Virus record (IMG/VR): IMGVR_UViG_3300017613_002264
Coordinates: 1 to 64,000 of that record
Length of the DNA stretch: 64,000 nt
Source: a virus
Strand: one strand, 5' to 3'
Of the stretch, positions 10,421-18,713 are shown in pieces. How positions within the stretch are numbered: the first letter of the stretch is position 1; the number at the start of each line of letters is the position of its first letter. Below the pieces are notes generated by a model that made no database searches, was not told where the DNA came from, and saw only the letters and a list, made by a program, of their open reading frames with translations. The position numbers and the translations under genes were made by a program.

Positions 10421-10693
10421 ATGGGATCAACACTACCAAATAGCGGGTTGAAAATTACAGACGACTATGGCGAAGAGACGTGGTATTCTGACTTCAATTA
10501 TAATTGGACGAGGCTTAATAATACTTTACTCAAGTTGAGCGCATTACTCGACGTCGATGTCTCTGGTCTGGGTGATGGAGATGTTCTACTTTATAATTCT
10601 GGGTCAGGTAAGTTTGAGGCTAACCCTCCAGTACGGCCGCCGTACCCTATAACCACCACAACTACAACTACTACAACAACCACTACTACGTAG
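10421..10693 (+). CDS. stand-alone fibre N-terminal module protein with poly-Thr tail
   Basis: 90 aa. The same module (..NNTLLKLSALLDVDVSGLGDGDVLLYNSGSGKFE..) is followed by PPVRPPYPI, 12 Thr and a TAG stop. Confidence 0.45.
   Translation: MGSTLPNSGLKITDDYGEETWYSDFNYNWTRLNNTLLKLSALLDVDVSGLGDGDVLLYNSGSGKFEANPPVRPPYPITTTTTTTTTTTTT
10655..10690 (+). repeat. 12-Thr C-terminal tail tract
   Basis: Tail of ORF 10421-10693. Confidence 0.95.
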
Positions 10694-10737
10694 AGGAGAA
10701 CGTATAAACCAATAACTCACATAATTAGGAGAGGAGA

Positions 10738-12000
10738 ATGAAAATAGCTATTCTCTCGCATTTCGGAAGCTTTCAGGCTTCGTATGCATTGCATGTCGGT
10801 TGGCAAGAACGAGCAAAACTACTACAACACTTTAACCAAGATTTCGATTTCCTTGTAGACAAACATTGTAAGGAGGGTTTATTCCCAAACCAGATAAACG
10901 CCCTATCAAGACGAGTAAAGACAAGTCGTAACTATAAGGAAAGAGCCGAATATTTCCGAGACCTTTATAAGGAGGTACTTGCTGACTACGACGTAATACT
11001 CACCGCAGATATTCTTTATCAAATCAAAGCAAACTTTCTTGCGTACAACCAAGGGATGCGCTGGGCGGCTCCACATCTAAAAGCTAGGTGGTGTCATTGG
11101 ATACATAGTGGATGGATGCGCCGCCCGAATCCTCTTCCTCGTTATCCTGAAAGTCTCAGGTGGGAACTTCCTGAACCAGAAAGGGGAAATCACAAAATCG
11201 TTTATCTCAACTCATGGGAGTTGAACGACGTCGCCAGGATGTACAATACCACAGGCAAGAATGTCTACTGCGTTTATAATCCAAAGGATCCGAGAACATT
11301 TTTTGACTTCTCACCAATGGCCTGCAAGATTGTGAAGGCGTTGGACTTGCCGAATAAAGACATCTTTCAAATCTTTCCTCATTCCGCTGAGCGCATGGAT
11401 TCAAAAGGAATTGACTCTGTAATTAGAGTATTTGCAGCATTAAAGAGACTTGGTGCAAGGGTCGCGATTGTCTTCGCAAACGCAAACTCTCGCAGTGTTC
11501 AGAGTGAGATAATTAACAAGAAGTTAATAATGAAACAACAGTACAACCTCATTGAGAATGAGGATTATCTTTTTACTTCTGATATCATGAGAAATCGTAG
11601 ACCCCTACCACGGAAGGATGTAGCGGATTTATTTCGCATGAGTAATTTGTTTGTGTTTGGCTCATGGAGAGAAACGGTCGGCAACTGCTTTCAGGAAGCC
11701 AAGGCCAGTGGGTGTCTACTAGTACTCAATCAAGGTTTACCATCAGCCTGTGAGATGGGCGGCAAGGACGCAATCTTTTTTCAGTCTACTCACAAAACTC
11801 CGGGGATAAGGGACGGGTATCCTGGAGACACTAGAGTAGTTAACTACCAACCGAATGAATCTACATACTTCGATCACTATGCCAAAGAAATCACCGAAAG
11901 ACTCAATCTGACAACACCATTGGCCGAGCGATGGCAGTTCTCGTGGGAATGGATATGGGAAAATCAATTCAAACAATTAATATACGAAGGGAATGAGTAA
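10738..12000 (+). CDS. glycosyltransferase, GT-B fold (group 1 / GT4-like)
   Basis: The C-terminal half (..SNLFVFGSWRETVGNCFQEAKASGCLLVLN..) resembles the E-x7-E donor-binding region of group-1 glycosyltransferases. GGAGAGGAG RBS. Confidence 0.55.
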   Translation: MKIAILSHFGSFQASYALHVGWQERAKLLQHFNQDFDFLVDKHCKEGLFPNQINALSRRVKTSRNYKERAEYFRDLYKEVLADYDVILTADILYQIKANFLAYNQGMRWAAPHLKARWCHWIHSGWMRRPNPLPRYPESLRWELPEPERGNHKIVYLNSWELNDVARMYNTTGKNVYCVYNPKDPRTFFDFSPMACKIVKALDLPNKDIFQIFPHSAERMDSKGIDSVIRVFAALKRLGARVAIVFANANSRSVQSEIINKKLIMKQQYNLIENEDYLFTSDIMRNRRPLPRKDVADLFRMSNLFVFGSWRETVGNCFQEAKASGCLLVLNQGLPSACEMGGKDAIFFQSTHKTPGIRDGYPGDTRVVNYQPNESTYFDHYAKEITERLNLTTPLAERWQFSWEWIWENQFKQLIYEGNE

Positions 12001-12777
12001 ATGATACACGCCTACTTTACGAATGGAATGATTAACAACGCTGAGATATTCCTGAGGAGTTTATACAAAACAAACGGAGACCAATTTCCTGTTTTACTAT
12101 CGACGAGAGACTTAACTGTTGGGCAGATGGGCGACCTCCATTGTCTACATCCAAGATTAGAGATTGAAAATGAGACATTGGATATGGATAGCCTGGCTAA
12201 AAGAGCCCAAGTATCTACAAAGACCCTTTGGAAGTATCGCAGGCAAGTAGAGAATCAATATATCTCACCTAAAAACAAAGTTTGGAAATTAATGATCGCC
12301 GCAGAAGACCGGCCACGTGCGTTGTATGATGTACTACAAAGAGGAGGTAATGATTATCCTTTACTACATTTCGATATCGATACTTTATTTCGTAAAGATA
12401 TCTCTCCTCTTCTTCCTCACGCAATGGCGAATGAGTGTTGTTTACTACTTCGCCCGAATATACAACCGATTAAAGCGAGGATTACTATTTCTACAATGAC
12501 GTGGAGAAAGACTGACAATACCATGAAGTTTTTCGAGCGGTGGTTTCATTGGCTTGACGGTTGCCCTCCTCCATTCAGGCCCATTGGGTATGGGCAGACC
12601 TCATGCTGGTTTGCCTTTGAGGAGTTGGAAAAAGAATTAGTATACTATAAACTTCCGCCTGAGTGGGCTTACCCCGGCGGGAATAAACCATCAAACTTTA
12701 TTTGGACGGGTGCCGTTCATAAGTTGAGTAAAAAAGATTGTGCGATAAAGTTTGAGAAAGAGATGCAGGCATTGTAA
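12001..12777 (+). CDS. putative GT-A-type nucleotide-sugar transferase (weak call)
   Basis: LLHFDIDTLF is a DxD-like motif. The gene sits between a glycosyltransferase and a sugar-nucleotide enzyme, and its stop and start abut the neighbours. Confidence 0.3.
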   Translation: MIHAYFTNGMINNAEIFLRSLYKTNGDQFPVLLSTRDLTVGQMGDLHCLHPRLEIENETLDMDSLAKRAQVSTKTLWKYRRQVENQYISPKNKVWKLMIAAEDRPRALYDVLQRGGNDYPLLHFDIDTLFRKDISPLLPHAMANECCLLLRPNIQPIKARITISTMTWRKTDNTMKFFERWFHWLDGCPPPFRPIGYGQTSCWFAFEELEKELVYYKLPPEWAYPGGNKPSNFIWTGAVHKLSKKDCAIKFEKEMQAL

Positions 12778-13976
12778 TGAGAATACTTGTACTTGGTGGA
12801 GATGGTTTCGTTGGTTGGCCGGTCTCATTGTCCTTATCTAGTAAAGGTCATGATGTTACCATAGTAGACAACTTTGCTAGAAGAACCGCCGACGCTGAAC
12901 TCGGTTGTGAGTCATTGACTCCAATACTCTTTCTTGGTGAACGAGTAAAGGTTTGGAATGAAGTCACCGGCCGACACATTAAATTCAAGCGAGTAGATGT
13001 CGCGAGGAATTACTATGGGCTTTATGACGTGATTAAAAAAGTAAAGCCTGAGGTGATTATTCACCTCGCTGAGCAAAGAGCCGCGCCGTATAGCATGAAA
13101 AGCGAAAGCCATAAGAGATATACTGTCTCCAATAATACCGCGGCCACTCATAATGTCTTGTGCTCCATTGTCGAATCGGATCTTGATATCCACCTTGTAC
13201 ATATAGGAACTGCAGGGGTTTACGGGTACGGGTATCAAGACTCGGCAATACCAATACCGGAAGGATATCTCGAGTATCAGGTATTCGATCCAAAGAGTAG
13301 TGAGTATGTAGTAATGAGAGACTACTATCCAATGAACCCGGGCAGTGTCTATCATATGACTAAGACAATGGATAGTATGATGTTCAGATTTTATGCGAAG
13401 AACGACGGTATCCGTATAACTGATTTGCACCAAGGGGTTATATGGGGAGTAAATACTCGTGAGACAGAAATGGACGAGGGACTCATAAATCGGTTTGACT
13501 ACTGCGGTGATTATGGCACTGTACTCAATCGTTTTATTACTCAAGGCGCAAACGGCCACCCAATAACGGTCTACGGCACTGGTCAGCAGACTCGTGCTTT
13601 CATTCACCTTTCTAACTGTTGCGATTGCATCAACCTTGCTATAGAAAATCCATCGAAGAGGTTTGATGAAGTAAAAATATTTAATCAAACTACCGAGCAG
13701 TTGACATTGATCGACCTCGCAAATATAGTGAGTAAATTAACTGGAGGAGAAGTTCAACACTGTACCAATCCGCGAGTAGAAGCAGAATCCAATGATCTCA
13801 TTTTAGAGAATAAGCAATTTCTAAAACTTGGTTTGGATCCTATCAAGGTTGATAGTATTCATCTCACTGAGATATGTACACTAGCCCATAGATACAGGGC
13901 CAGGATGAAAGAAGAAGTAATATACTGCAAAAGCCCGTGGAGAAAGGATTTATCGTGCGAACCATTGAAATGTTAA
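12777..13976 (+). CDS. sqdB: UDP-sulfoquinovose synthase-like extended SDR (SQD1/SqdB/Agl3 family)
   Basis: MRILVLGGDGFVGW...VTIVDNFARR (GxxGxxG), ESLTPI, AEQRAAPYSM, SVYHMTK (YxxxK), NRFDYCGDYGTVLNRF, HPITVYGTGQQTR and NPRVEAE. These blocks match what I recall of SQD1 rather than ordinary UDP-glucose epimerases. SDR membership is near certain; the SQD1 subfamily assignment is less so. Confidence 0.65.
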   Translation: MRILVLGGDGFVGWPVSLSLSSKGHDVTIVDNFARRTADAELGCESLTPILFLGERVKVWNEVTGRHIKFKRVDVARNYYGLYDVIKKVKPEVIIHLAEQRAAPYSMKSESHKRYTVSNNTAATHNVLCSIVESDLDIHLVHIGTAGVYGYGYQDSAIPIPEGYLEYQVFDPKSSEYVVMRDYYPMNPGSVYHMTKTMDSMMFRFYAKNDGIRITDLHQGVIWGVNTRETEMDEGLINRFDYCGDYGTVLNRFITQGANGHPITVYGTGQQTRAFIHLSNCCDCINLAIENPSKRFDEVKIFNQTTEQLTLIDLANIVSKLTGGEVQHCTNPRVEAESNDLILENKQFLKLGLDPIKVDSIHLTEICTLAHRYRARMKEEVIYCKSPWRKDLSCEPLKC

Positions 13977-14022
13977 ATGAGAAAAGGCAATACGCTGAGG
14001 CCGCGTGGAAAGGGGTTAGATA

Positions 14023-14556
14023 ATGTACGCCCATACAAAGTTCCTGATCAAACTTTTGAAAAATGAACCAGTACATAACTGCGTAGAAGTTGGTGTATTC
14101 AAAGGAGACAACGCTTTTCATCTTCTCGGTAAACTTCCAATCGATAGGCTTGTAGGAGTTGATCCATATGTACGTTATAAGAAGTTTGTCAAAAGTCTAC
14201 ATAATCAGAACGGCGTTGTAGCAAGGGCAAACTTGAAAAAAGTCGAAAGAGACATGCTCAATAGGATGCAAATATTTAAGGGTAGGTTTGATCACATGAG
14301 ATGTTTTAGTGATGAGGCTTCTTATGTTTTCAGAGATAAGTTTTTTGACTTTATCTTCATTGATGGAAATCACAACTATCACTACGTTAAAAAAGATATT
14401 AAGTGTTGGCTCCCGAAAGTGAAGTCAGGTGGCATTCTGGCCGGTCATGATTATATAGACAGACCTAAGTACGGAATAATCAAGGCCGTTAAAGAACTAC
14501 TACCTGATCACGAAGCAAATTTGGGAGCCAAAGTTTGGTGGAAGAGAATTGAGTAA
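14023..14556 (+). CDS. class I SAM-dependent methyltransferase (Methyltransf_24-like)
   Basis: VEVGVFKGDNAFHLL (SAM motif I-like) and FDFIFIDGNHNYHYVKKDI..LPKVKSGGILAGHDY. Confidence 0.6.
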   Translation: MYAHTKFLIKLLKNEPVHNCVEVGVFKGDNAFHLLGKLPIDRLVGVDPYVRYKKFVKSLHNQNGVVARANLKKVERDMLNRMQIFKGRFDHMRCFSDEASYVFRDKFFDFIFIDGNHNYHYVKKDIKCWLPKVKSGGILAGHDYIDRPKYGIIKAVKELLPDHEANLGAKVWWKRIE

Positions 14557-15108
14557 TTACCATCTTTGAAATATCTTTTTCTCATGATAGATATGATAGA
14601 CATATAAGCCGGGCATACGGTAGTGAGCATACCCAGCCCGGCTTAATGCTTGCGAGTATTTATTATCGACACCGAGTAGTCTTCTTCTGCTTTCATCAAA
14701 TCCGCCACATTTCTTCCATGCAGTTTTATTTGTGAGAATCCAGAAGCCACTCATCGCCCCGAGACATCGTTCTACTTTATTTCCATATCGATTATACAAT
14801 GCCTTAGCATATAGACAATGCTCTTCGATGTCGTGAGACATTGGTGCGCCTTCCGCCTTTTGGTGAGGATTTCCGATACGGTTAGTTACCGCGGATATCC
14901 AGCCGGTATCTCTTCCCACTTGAGTAATAGCGGCTATACTCATTTGATACCAGTGAGGATTACATAAAAAGATATCGTGGTCGATGAACAGAACCCATTC
15001 CGATGTCGCTCGATCCATACCTCTATTATAAGCCGACGCAAGCTTACTATTGATATCGTAAGCAATCATTACCTGTATTGGTTCAGCGGTATTTTTTGTT
15101 TTACTCAT
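14557..15108 (-). CDS. glycosyltransferase family 2-like (GT-A)
   Basis: ..VMIAYDINSKLASAYNRGMDRATSEWVLFIDHDIFL.. shows a DxD-type DHD motif, followed by ..GGFDES... Confidence 0.55.
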   Translation of the reverse strand: MSKTKNTAEPIQVMIAYDINSKLASAYNRGMDRATSEWVLFIDHDIFLCNPHWYQMSIAAITQVGRDTGWISAVTNRIGNPHQKAEGAPMSHDIEEHCLYAKALYNRYGNKVERCLGAMSGFWILTNKTAWKKCGGFDESRRRLLGVDNKYSQALSRAGYAHYRMPGLYVYHIYHEKKIFQRW

Positions 15109-15775
15109 CTACTCTAGGCCCTCCAGTTATAGTTGGATCGATAAAAGAGATATCCTCAATTTCTTTTCCAATGAAATCAGAGACACTTTTCGCTGTCTTC
15201 CTTGTGTTATGAATAAGATCATGGAAGGCGACCATTTTGTGTCTTAACCCTGTCACTTCAATATTAGTAAAGAGACTAGAATTATATCTACCAGCCAATT
15301 CTTCAAACTGCCCCTCATATTTCTCTTTGTTACCCCTTGCCTTCATTGAGTTAGAAACTTCTCTCACTGGTCGCACCATAAAAATGAGACGAATTGAATC
15401 AGTTAAACTTACCTCACGAATGACACTCCACCAACTGAGTAAAGTCAAATTAGTTCTCGGGTCTTTCCATCCCCAATACTTATACTGACCGAACTCAGCG
15501 ACCAGTCTTTTCATGGCCTGCCTGTGATGTATGTCGTCCGTGGGTTTAATATGAGGCATGTCTGGATCGAATGATTTTACTTTATACCCGCTGTCTCCGA
15601 GTATTTTATCGTTGATCCTTCTAAATCTTACATTCTCATAAAACCCGAGAGGATTTTCTCTCATCGGCGGTGGATACCAGTCTTCAGGCTTCCCCATGAC
15701 AATACCATTTCCGTGTAACATTCCGGCCATTGCAGACGTTCCGCTTCGATGCATACCGCAAACAATAATAATCAT
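15101..15775 (-). CDS. sulfotransferase family protein
   Basis: N-terminal IIIVCGMHRSGTSAMAG is a PAPS 5'-phosphosulfate-binding-loop type motif. WGWKDPR and FMVRPVREVSNS blocks are also present. Confidence 0.65.
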   Translation of the reverse strand: MIIIVCGMHRSGTSAMAGMLHGNGIVMGKPEDWYPPPMRENPLGFYENVRFRRINDKILGDSGYKVKSFDPDMPHIKPTDDIHHRQAMKRLVAEFGQYKYWGWKDPRTNLTLLSWWSVIREVSLTDSIRLIFMVRPVREVSNSMKARGNKEKYEGQFEELAGRYNSSLFTNIEVTGLRHKMVAFHDLIHNTRKTAKSVSDFIGKEIEDISFIDPTITGGPRVDE

Positions 15776-15930
15776 TTTCTATTTCTCCTTTTACTCGCTC
15801 TCGCGATTTTACGTTTTCTTTTCTTTACTAGAAAAGGTTTCCTCTTTTTATTTTTAGGCTTCCAGTGAACAGGCATGTCTCGCCCCTGCTTATCCTGTCT
15901 GGTTCCTTTTATGTTTTTTGTGAATCCCAT
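15772..15930 (-). CDS. small highly basic protein
   Basis: Lys/Arg-rich ORF. The track start at 15975 overlaps the upstream gene by 67 nt. The internal ATG at 15930 (MGFTKNIKG..) has an AAGGA-like RBS, so I prefer it. Confidence 0.3.
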   Translation of the reverse strand: MGFTKNIKGTRQDKQGRDMPVHWKPKNKKRKPFLVKKRKRKIARASKRRNRK

Positions 15931-16103
15931 TTTTCCTTTTTCTCTTTTATTTTCTCTCTTACAGCAAGGTCGCATATCATACGGGTAACAAGGTCTGGAG
16001 TTTCGTCAATCATCTTTCTGAGGAAATAGCATCGGTTACATTCTGTCTCGCCATTTGGCAAATCAAAAAATGCTTGCTTGCTATCGCACCATTTACAACT
16101 CAT
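15909..16103 (-). CDS. small Zn-ribbon protein
   Basis: 64 aa with CKWC...CNRC. Confidence 0.35.
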   Translation of the reverse strand: MSCKWCDSKQAFFDLPNGETECNRCYFLRKMIDETPDLVTRMICDLAVREKIKEKKEKWDSQKT

Positions 16104-16609
16104 GGTAATGTTCCCCTCGTTTTAGGAGTCAAGATTACTGATGGTTCTGTGTAACGGTACTCCTCGGGATAATCTTTTACGAAGAAAGGCCTATCGCAAA
16201 TTATATCCGCTTGACCAGTGGAAAGCCTTAATACATGGGCTTCTACAGCCTCGCATATCTTACAAGGCAATTTTGGAGATAGTTTTTTATCGAGTAGAAG
16301 TCTCAATAATTTGCATGAACCGGCCAGTTTTTTCTTCTCATTACCTCCGCTGAGTCTGGATTTAAGTTTGAGAGATATTAATCTGTTTCGATTTTGAACG
16401 TAAGCATAAAGCCATTTCACTTCTTTTAATGCCGCCGATACAAGGGTCTTCTCGAGATTCATTTTTGCGGTGAGACAAAAGTTTCCCCATTCTTGCCAGA
16501 CTTTATCTTCACTCTCTCGTTTGTTGATAGCATAGACTCCATTGTGGTAGTGAGTATCTATTATTTTGATAGCGGTCATACTACTCATGTTTAGCAGATC
16601 CAACATCAC
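16100..16609 (-). CDS. hypothetical protein
   Basis: 169-aa ORF coupled to its neighbours. No named motif. Confidence 0.45.
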   Translation of the reverse strand: MMLDLLNMSSMTAIKIIDTHYHNGVYAINKRESEDKVWQEWGNFCLTAKMNLEKTLVSAALKEVKWLYAYVQNRNRLISLKLKSRLSGGNEKKKLAGSCKLLRLLLDKKLSPKLPCKICEAVEAHVLRLSTGQADIICDRPFFVKDYPEEYRYTEPSVILTPKTRGTLP

Positions 16610-17060
16610 TAGCCTCCTTAGCTCCTGCTTTTACTACATCATAGATAATAACGTCGGGCTCCCCTTTGTCAGGATCCCATTCTTTCGTTAAAGCCTCGAA
16701 CGCTTCGGCTTTACTGGCATACCTTTCCTTCATTGGAAACTTATCGTTGTTCCAAAAAATATCTATCCTTTTGTTTATGTAGTAATCATGTCTCTCTTTT
16801 GTGAGGTCAATGAATATTCTCATGCCGTCGTGAGGTTTGAAGTCAGGCATCTTTCTATCCATGTGCCAGAAAGAATGTTGCATGGATCCTTTACAATACC
16901 GGCAGTTGATCATGAAAGGAGTTACACCATCTCTAGAATTCCAGAGGATTTCCATTGATCCACAAACCTCGCAGATGTAGAGCATTATGTTGAAAGCCTC
17001 GCCATGAGTATACTCGGGTAATGCTTTAGTAGGGTCAATCGGAATTATTTTATCAGGCAT
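16581..17060 (-). CDS. hypothetical Zn-ribbon protein
   Basis: 159 aa with CEVCGS...CRYCKG. Confidence 0.5.
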   Translation of the reverse strand: MPDKIIPIDPTKALPEYTHGEAFNIMLYICEVCGSMEILWNSRDGVTPFMINCRYCKGSMQHSFWHMDRKMPDFKPHDGMRIFIDLTKERHDYYINKRIDIFWNNDKFPMKERYASKAEAFEALTKEWDPDKGEPDVIIYDVVKAGAKEASDVGSAKHE

Positions 17061-17343
17061 TTCCGGCTCCTTCGTCTTTTACTTCTACTACACGGTTAGG
17101 GTTGAACATATTCAATACCGACTGAACAGCATTGAGTATTTCTTGATGGGTTTTGGTTGTGATGATCATGACCGCCGCGAATATCTCACCATTGCAGTGA
17201 GGACAATTACTCGACACTATCTTCGTTATCTCAGGCTTGAAGGCATCAATCATGAGATGTAATTCTCTTTCACAATGCGGGCAGATATTCTTCGGCGCTA
17301 GTCCATAGTCTCTTCCAACTTCAATAATACCGTCTTGACTCAT
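17053..17343 (-). CDS. hypothetical Zn-ribbon protein
   Basis: 96 aa with CPHCERE...CPHCNGE. Confidence 0.5.
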   Translation of the reverse strand: MSQDGIIEVGRDYGLAPKNICPHCERELHLMIDAFKPEITKIVSSNCPHCNGEIFAAVMIITTKTHQEILNAVQSVLNMFNPNRVVEVKDEGAGNA

Positions 17344-17486
17344 TTTATCATGCCTCCTTTTACTTTTGTAAGTTTCTTCTTCTCTTCAAACTTGGGGCAT
17401 TTCTTATGCTCCCAGACTCCTTGCCGTTTTTGTTTGTTGGCACTTCCCGTCAATACCCTTGTTTTGCAGTATGGACAGATACTCAT
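17340..17486 (-). CDS. 48-aa ORF not in the supplied track (small Cys-containing protein)
   Basis: Translated by hand: MSICPYCKTRVLTGSANKQKRQGVWEHKKCPKFEEKKKLTKVKGGMIK. Its TGA overlaps the downstream ATG at 17343 (ATGA). Confidence 0.35.
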   Translation of the reverse strand: MSICPYCKTRVLTGSANKQKRQGVWEHKKCPKFEEKKKLTKVKGGMIK

Positions 17487-17499
17487 TACTCACTCCTTT

Positions 17500-17736
17500 C
17501 TAATACTTATGCCATTTGTAAACAGTTGTTCCGTCCAGTTGTGTTATACATGTCTCGGCGATGTATCCCCACAAGGTTATAGCAAACCCGTTGAAGGCTT
17601 CCAACGCCGCGGCTCTAGAATTCCATGAGTAATCTGCTTTGGCAACTACTCTTTTGTTTGTCTCAAATTTCCACTTCCATCGACCTGAGTTTTTCACCGG
17701 ATAGATAGTTACCTTATGTCTCGTTCCTCTTCTCAT
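17500..17736 (-). CDS. hypothetical protein
   Basis: 78-aa ORF with AAGGAGGAAATAATG start context. Confidence 0.45.
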   Translation of the reverse strand: MRRGTRHKVTIYPVKNSGRWKWKFETNKRVVAKADYSWNSRAAALEAFNGFAITLWGYIAETCITQLDGTTVYKWHKY

Positions 17737-17903
17737 TATTTCCTCCTTTTGATTTTTCTAGGTGCCTTGATCATAGATATACATTCACTGCATATATATA
17801 CCTGAATAAAATGCTTGGGTTTTTTCTGAGTGGTTCTTTTGAAAAACTTTCCTTTAGAGTCATCCTTCTTAATACCACACGTTGAGCATATCCAACTACT
17901 CAT
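17736..17903 (-). CDS. 55-aa Zn-ribbon ORF not in the supplied track
   Basis: Translated by hand: MSSWICSTCGIKKDDSKGKFFKRTTQKKPKHFIQVYICSECISMIKAPRKIKRRK. The start overlaps the upstream stop (ATGA) and the stop overlaps the downstream start (TAATG). Confidence 0.4.
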   Translation of the reverse strand: MSSWICSTCGIKKDDSKGKFFKRTTQKKPKHFIQVYICSECISMIKAPRKIKRRK

Positions 17904-18268
17904 TTATTTATCCTCCTAATTACTCTTCTCTTCGGTTTTCTTTTCAATCTCTTTATTGGTCGGCGTTTGTTACTATACCAATTAATGAAGTCGTCTATTT
18001 TCATTATGATAAGATCAGTTCCCTTCCACCCTATCATACCATAGCTATAGTCAAATCCAGTTTTACCTTTGAGACGTTCCATTTTATGAAAGGCTTTTCT
18101 ACCGAGTACTATTCTGATTTCCTCATTGTAATCTACTATGAGGGCGAGTTTCTTTTTCTTTATTTTATTCCATCGTTCAGCGATATCAGCGACATTATCT
18201 ACATTAGATAATATTTTCACATGAGTAGTTGAAAGAAGTTTTTTAATCTTTTTAATCTTGCTTGCCAT
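17900..18268 (-). CDS. hypothetical basic protein
   Basis: The ORF is open to 18337. I prefer the ATG at 18268 (MASKIKK..), which has GAGGAG upstream and the smallest overlap with the upstream gene. Confidence 0.4.
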   Translation of the reverse strand: MASKIKKIKKLLSTTHVKILSNVDNVADIAERWNKIKKKKLALIVDYNEEIRIVLGRKAFHKMERLKGKTGFDYSYGMIGWKGTDLIIMKIDDFINWYSNKRRPIKRLKRKPKRRVIRRINK

Positions 18269-18713
18269 TGTTCTCCTCATACAAATATATTTCGTCAAGT
18301 ATGTCGGTTTCGTTGTCGTTATACCCGGCGAATCCACTCAATGCGACTGGGTGATCATAAAAGGGACTCTCTTTATTTTCAAAACAATACTCACATAAGA
18401 AATGGTTTCCTTTTTTCTTCCTTCTTATGTTGCAACATGTACATAAATCTTTTTTATCTATACTACTCTTTTTCTCAGGGGCTTCGGGCCTTGTTCCCTT
18501 TATCACCGCGGCTATTAAATTCTTTGAGCAGTTAAATAATGCACAACATTGCTTGATTGTGTATCCCTGATCTAATCTACTCAATACGTCATCATTAGAG
18601 ATATCAAATCGATATCTTCTTATCGCCGGTTTTCTGGTAGGTCTACTATGCCCCTTGGGCTTGCTTGATCTTTTTAATCGTCGCAAACCTTTCATTGTAC
18701 TCGCCTTAATCAA
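18252..18713 (-). CDS. putative DNA-binding protein (HTH-like segment plus Cys cluster)
   Basis: Basic N-terminus, YTIKQCCALFNCSKNLIAAVIKG, and CTCC...CEYC. Confidence 0.4.
   Translation of the reverse strand: MIKASTMKGLRRLKRSSKPKGHSRPTRKPAIRRYRFDISNDDVLSRLDQGYTIKQCCALFNCSKNLIAAVIKGTRPEAPEKKSSIDKKDLCTCCNIRRKKKGNHFLCEYCFENKESPFYDHPVALSGFAGYNDNETDILDEIYLYEENNGKQD

Noticed and set aside
12912-13688. 258-aa ORF on the - strand (plus 13057-13332) inside the SDR gene
   Set aside because: It is antisense to a gene with strong, ordered SDR/SQD1-like motifs. It has no RBS and no recognisable motif, and its composition looks like a shadow frame.
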